Shown here: positions 58,238-64,000 of the stretch, one piece after another
Position numbering within the stretch: position 1 is the first letter of the stretch
Layout of the letters: each line of letters begins with the position of its first letter
Assembly (NCBI RefSeq): GCF_009914755.1
Contig: NC_060930.1
Strand: one strand, 5' to 3'
DNA: 64,000 nt
From: the human T2T-CHM13v2.0 reference genome, Homo sapiens
Made by a program: the position numbers and the translations under genes
Notes under the pieces: model-generated
Database searches by the model: none
Told to the model about the DNA's origin: nothing
What the model saw: only the letters and a program-made list of their open reading frames with translations

Positions 58238-58664
58238 GTGCGATTACCACCCGTCAGCCTTGTCAGGACCCGTGGGTGGTTGTAGGCTTCTCCATTCCAA
58301 TCCCTTTTGTCTTCTAGGGCAGGGAGCACATTTGTGCAGAAAGGTTTTGCAGGTATCTGAGGCACTGCTCACCTGGTTCCATTTTTAATTATTAGCTTTT
58401 GAGTTAAGTTTTTTAAAAAACGGGTGATTAATTTAACCTGAGAAAGCTGATTAAAAAAAAAAGAAAAGGTGACTAAAAGGTCTAAACTGGTTGGGCGCAG
58501 TAGCTCATGCCTATAATCCGAACACTTCGGGAGGCCAAGGCAGGAGGATTGCTTGAGCCCAGGAGTTTAAAATCAGTCTGGGCAACATAGTGAGACCCTG
58601 TCTCTACAAAAAATAGGAAAATTAGCTGGGTGTAATGGCTCACACCTGTAGTTCCAGCTACTCA

Positions 58665-58853
<189 letters not shown>

Positions 58854-61007
58854 CTATGTAGCTGCACCAAAATTTATCCACCAGTTCCCTCTACTGGACA
58901 CTTGGATTGTTTCCACACTTTTTTAGTCACAAACAAGGCCACGTTGACTAACTTTGTACATACATCATTTTGTATTTTTCAGTTACATCTAACTAGGGAA
59001 ATAGTCCTTGAAATGGGATTACTGGATCAAAGACTTAGAGGTTTTTCAGACTATTCCAAATAGTGTGAATTCAGACTCCAAACCTCATGAGGGTCAGCCA
59101 GTGGCTATATGAATTCTCACTAATGAGAATTCCTTCCACTAGAATCTCCTTCCACTAGTGTTAAGCAAGTCAGAAAGTTTCCTTACTGTCTGCCTCCACA
59201 GTAATTTTTTTCTCTGGTACACCCTCCTCCTGCGCGTATAGCCCTTTGATGGGCTCTGGCTTTATTTGAGGTCTGATCAGGTCTGTCCTGCTGTGCGCTT
59301 GGGCCTCCTCCCAGTCAGCACTGATTGTTGCTGTGGAGTAGCCAGCACCTGCACCCTGATCTGGTATTCTACTTTGATGAGGGTTTCCCTCACTATCTTG
59401 CAAGTTCAATTTTAGAGGGTGGTGATGTTTTTTCTAACTTTTTATTAATGTTATACCAATGTAACATCCAACAACATGAACTTTAATATCCTCTAATACC
59501 CAGTTTATGTTAAATTTCACCCAACTGTCTCAGAAGTGTCTTTTATACATAATAGGTTTGTTCAAATCAGGATCCAGGCAAGGGCCACCCACTTGGTTGA
59601 AATGTCTCAAGTTCCACAACCCTATCCCACACTGCCACTATTATGTCGTTTGTTGAAGGTCATTTGTCCTATAGAATATACTATTCTGGATTTTGGCTGG
59701 TTGCTTCCTCTTTCCCCCATACTTTCACTTATTTATCATATTTGGGTGTTGTCAACCTGACCCATCCATTTACAAGCTCCTTATTGACTTTTTCACCTAG
59801 TGATTTTATCCAGCAGTGACCATACCTGGATCTTTATTTCATTAAGGGGTTTCTAAATGGGGATTTTTCTAATCTTAGTTGTTCTGCATTGGTTAGTCAC
59901 GATTCTTTTATGAAGACATTTGCCTTGCCATCTACTTGGTTTCTCTGAAATTCAATTCATACAGGAAAAACAAGATAAATGCTGAATTATTTATTGATTT
60001 TCAGTATTGAGTTGATATCCTAGCAGCTTCCAAAGGTGACCAATGAATGTTTATCTGAGGGTTATTTTTATTTTTATTTTTTTTGAGACAGGGACTTGCT
60101 CTGTTGCCCAGACTGGAATTCAGTGGCTCAATCATAGCTCATTGTAGCCACCAAAAGTGTTGGGATTATAGGCGTGAGCCACCCAGCCCGGCCACAGTCG
60201 TTCTTCTTTCTGATGCTCAAATTGCCCCATCTTTAGCCAATAGGAACCTCCTGGCCGGGCGCGGTGGCTCATGCCTGTAACCCCAGCACTTTGGGAGGCT
60301 GAGGTGGGTGGATCACGAGGTCAGGAGATCGAGACCATCCTAACACGGTGAAACCCCGTCTCTACTAAAAATACAAAAAATTCACCGGGCGTGGTGGCGG
60401 GCGCCTGTAGTCTCAGCTACTTTGGGAGTCTGAGGCAGAATGGCTTGAACCCGGGAGGTGGAGCTTGCAGTGAGCCGAGATCGCGCCACTGCACTCCAGC
60501 CTGGGCGACAGAGCAAGACTCCGTCTCAACAACAACAACAAAAAAAAGAGCCTCCTTCAGATTGGTGCCAGTGTCCTTTAGACAGAACTCTAGTAGTCTT
60601 TTCAGATTCAACTTGTACATTTCCTTCCCCAGACTTCAACTGATCCATTTTCTAAGGAGTCCTAGTTCCTAAATGGGTGTTATTACTATTTTATCTCGGT
60701 TTAAGTGTTTTACAGTGGGAGAGGTTGGAGGTCTCTAGTACAGGGTATTGCTGGAAATGAAAGCCTCCTTTCTCTGCTCCTGTATTTTCTTCTGGGGCTT
60801 CCATCTCTTCTCAAGCCTTTTCACCTCCTCCAAACCTAGTGTGCAGAGGAGAACAAACCATAACTGGCACCAGCCTGAACCAGCCTTTGGAGGCCTTATT
60901 TCGGTATTTCTGAGGGCAGCCCTAGCATTGGAGGATGGGAGATCTTGGGAAAAATGTTGTATTGGTTACGCTGCAAACTTTTATCCTGTCTAACCCCCTG
61001 CCCCCAG

Positions 61008-61052
61008 GTGAACCAGTGTGTTATTGGTACTGCTCAGGCCAACAGGAAGTGA
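61008..61052 (+). CDS. KIFC1: KIFC1 exon 11 coding part
   Basis: ccccag/GTG; VNQCVIGTAQANRK, with TGA at 61050-61052. Confidence 0.96.
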   Translation: MNQCVIGTAQANRK

Positions 61053-61065
61053 AGACGGATCCAGA

Positions 61066-61067
<2 letters not shown>

Positions 61068-61116
<49 letters not shown>
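61068..61116 (+). repeat. (TG)24 microsatellite in the KIFC1 3'UTR
   Basis: Perfect dinucleotide run starting 15 nt after the stop codon. Confidence 0.99.
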
Positions 61117-61120
<4 letters not shown>

Positions 61121-61202
61121 ATGTCTATGTATCGGGTGAGGGGTGGGAGGGTTGCTGGAGGGTGCTTTATTGGGTGGAGGGCACCATGTCCCAGGGCTAT
61201 CA

Positions 61203-61236
61203 AATAAAGAATAGTTTGGTTTTTTTTTTAAATAAA
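61203..61236 (+). terminator. KIFC1: Tandem KIFC1 polyadenylation signals
   Basis: AATAAA at 61203-61208 and 61231-61236, separated by a GT/T-rich tract. Confidence 0.88.
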
Positions 61237-61499
61237 GGTTTTATTAGCATTTGCCCAAGAAGGCAGATACTTTCATATCTGTAAAAGTGGGAGCTGTGAT
61301 CTGTACCCTCTGCCAAACGTTTACGTGGGAGGCGGGAGCGGGGGCTGAGGGCTTCGTCTTTTCTCCCCTCTGCTATCACCGGTTCTGGACCTTGGCCTGG
61401 ATCATCTTCCCCTCTGCTAATACCCCCTACCCCGTCCGTCACATCAGGGAGGTGTGCCCTCTAGCTATCCACGCCCCCTCCTTGGTCACTAGTTATAGG

Positions 61500-62760
61500 T
61501 AACTTTCACCCTTCCGCCGGCCACCCCAGCCCCAGGGAAGAACGTTCCTTTGGTGGGTGTCGGCAAATGGGGACCGGACCCCAGAGTCCAGAGGCGGGGC
61601 TAGCGCGCGCTCCCAAACTGTTGGCTCTTTCCTCCCGTCCCGCCCTTTCCCTGCCTTTCCGTTCGAACGGCTGGGGCTCTGCCCGCTCGCTGCCCATTGG
61701 CTGGCTCTCGGTGGCGTCACCGCCTTGGGTCCTCGCGCCCTTCGTCTGCGCCAGCCCTGGAAGCACGGGGCGGGACGTCCACGGGAAGCGGCGCGCACGC
61801 CCGCCGACTCCCTCGCGCCAACCGCCGACGGCCGCCGCCCGGTGAAGGAGGGGCTCAGTCCTCCCAGGTGCCGCGCGCAGGAGGGGACACGCGTGCGCAA
61901 AAGGGCGGTGGGTGGGGCGCGACTCGTCACGGGGAGGGCGGGGCGCGCGAGGGAGGAGGGCGTGGTGGGGGCATCGAGAAGGGTGAATGGAGGGCGGGGC
62001 TGTGAACTGGGGCCGGGGGGCGGGACTTGGAGTGACCATGGGGGGTGGGGCAGCTAACGGATGTGGCATGGGGCGGGGGACCAGGCCGGAGGCGGGCTGC
62101 CGGGAGGGGGGATTCCCTCGTGCCCCAAGGGCGAATCTCAGGTCGGAGGAAGGGGCTGAGGGGATTCCCTCTCCCACCGGGTCCGACTCTTCGCTCCCCA
62201 AGCCGCGGAGGGCCAGCCTCTTCTTCGGCGCCCTCCAGGCCTGTTGGAGGTGAGGGAGGTGGGGTGAGGTGGTGCCCGCCCCCCCCTCCGGCTCCTCCTT
62301 TCCCCCAGTCCTCCCCTCCCACCACCCTCCCCCCCAACCGGTCCGTCCCTCCCCTCCCTCCCTCCCCCCCGCCGCCTCCTCCTCCTGCCGCTGCCGCTGC
62401 TTTGGCTGCTGCGTCATACGCCCCAGAGCCGCCGGGACGGAGGGGCTGGGCCTGGGGACCCCCCGGCCTCCGCCTGCACGCCCCCCCACGCCCGGACGTG
62501 CCCTCTCCGCGCGGGGGACTCGCCTAGGTCTCCTACGTCTGCCCCTGCCCGGCTCCCGGCGGCCCCAGCTGTCACCGGTAAGGAGGCGGCAGGAGGCGCT
62601 GGTGGGGGGCAGGGAGCCGGGGGTCGGCGCGGGGCGCGGGCGGGAGAGCCTCGCCGCCTTGGCCTCGGGTCCGGGCTGGGCCGACACAAGTCCCTTCTCG
62701 GACTTGCCGTCCTGGGGAGTAGAGACCGGGACTGGGACACGCCCCCCTCCCGGGGCACTC
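61500..62760. promoter_or_regulatory. PHF1: PHF1 CpG-island promoter and non-coding first exon (donor after 62577)
   Basis: Very high GC/CpG content, many GC boxes, ATTGG motif near 61696, donor CCG/gtaagg at 62577/62578. Confidence 0.85.
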
Positions 62761-63261
62761 AGAGAAGTTGTCTAACCCGGGGGCAGGGAGCCCCGAATTT
62801 GAGGGTGACCTGACATAACCTGGCACCAGGATGATTGTTCTTAATGAGACGCGCAGGCCTGGGGAGACAGCCGTTTCTGCTCTGGAAAACATCTCCAGAA
62901 AAGGTCCCAAAACACGTCTCTGGGCAACAGGACACCCTAATTATGATACCTCTAAACTGAGTAGCCTTTGCTTCTACAACCATAATTTCTCCTAAAATTT
63001 CAAGGCCAGTATATAATATCCCAGGAGAGCTCTGGAAGCTGGGAAACTAGCAACTAGGTTTGGGGTCGGGGGGAGGGCTGTTAGTTACCGAGAGGAGAGC
63101 CAGTCACTAGAGTTGGAAGAGGACTCAAAAAGCTGGTGATGGGTGCCCAGTGGTTTCCTATCAAGGTGTCTCAGGGATTTGGAGATGGGGGCACAGATAC
63201 TTCATTCTTGATGGCAAAATAGGCAAAGAAAATGGGGAGGCTGGCCGGGCCCGGTGGCTCA

Positions 63262-63784
<523 letters not shown>

Positions 63785-63869
63785 GTAAGACCTTCTACCT
63801 CTGACCTTCTTCCTAGTTCCCTTATCTAATTCTGGTTCCCATTTCATCCTGTTTGCTCACCCATTCCAG

Positions 63870-63951
63870 GTGGACAGTGCTAGGGAGGTGTGTCTGGTCC
63901 AGTTTGAGGATGATTCGCAGTTTCTGGTTCTATGGAAAGACATTAGCCCTG
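63870..63951 (+). CDS. PHF1: PHF1 second coding exon (completes the Tudor domain); gene continues beyond the window
   Basis: ttccag/GTG ... CTG/gtaaga; VDSAREVCLVQFEDDSQFLVLWKDISP. With the previous exon it supplies the W41/Y47/F65/F71 aromatic cage. Confidence 0.96.
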
Positions 63952-64000
63952 GTAAGACTCTAGAGACCTGAGATTGCACATCCCATGGAAAACAAACCTG

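Noticed and set aside
61506-62687. 393-aa minus-strand ORF and other long ORFs over the PHF1 CpG island
   Set aside because: Low-complexity Pro/Arg/Gly/Ala translation with no domain. Long ORFs in several frames are expected where high GC suppresses stop codons.

Overview
Primate, very probably human, genomic DNA. It matches the gene order I recall for the extended MHC class II region at 6p21.3. The window holds the complete 11-exon KIFC1 (HSET, kinesin-14) gene on the + strand. Its spliced CDS reconstructs to 2022 nt (673 aa plus stop) with GT-AG at every junction. KIFC1 is followed closely by the CpG-island promoter and first two coding exons of PHF1 (Tudor domain). The first 42 kb has no intron-containing gene and is dense in retroelements: an env-retaining HERV-H 3' half nested in an antisense HERV-IP10/LTR10F provirus, a probable LTR22 remnant, a 5'-truncated SVA, solo LTR8 and MER41A, other LTRs and dozens of Alus. 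There are three minus-strand processed pseudogenes. LYPLA2P1 and RPL12P1 both keep full-length uninterrupted ORFs, and RPL35AP4 is a 3' fragment. I see no evidence for a new multi-gene system. The best leads are a tail-less Alu read-through insertion in HERV-H env, Alu sequence directly 5' of all three retrocopies, the two intact retro-ORFs, an unexplained 3'UTR-like segment, and an overlapping uORF at the PHF1 start whose Kozak context depends on acceptor choice. Repeat family names and parent-protein comparisons come from recalled sequences and need RepeatMasker/BLAST confirmation.
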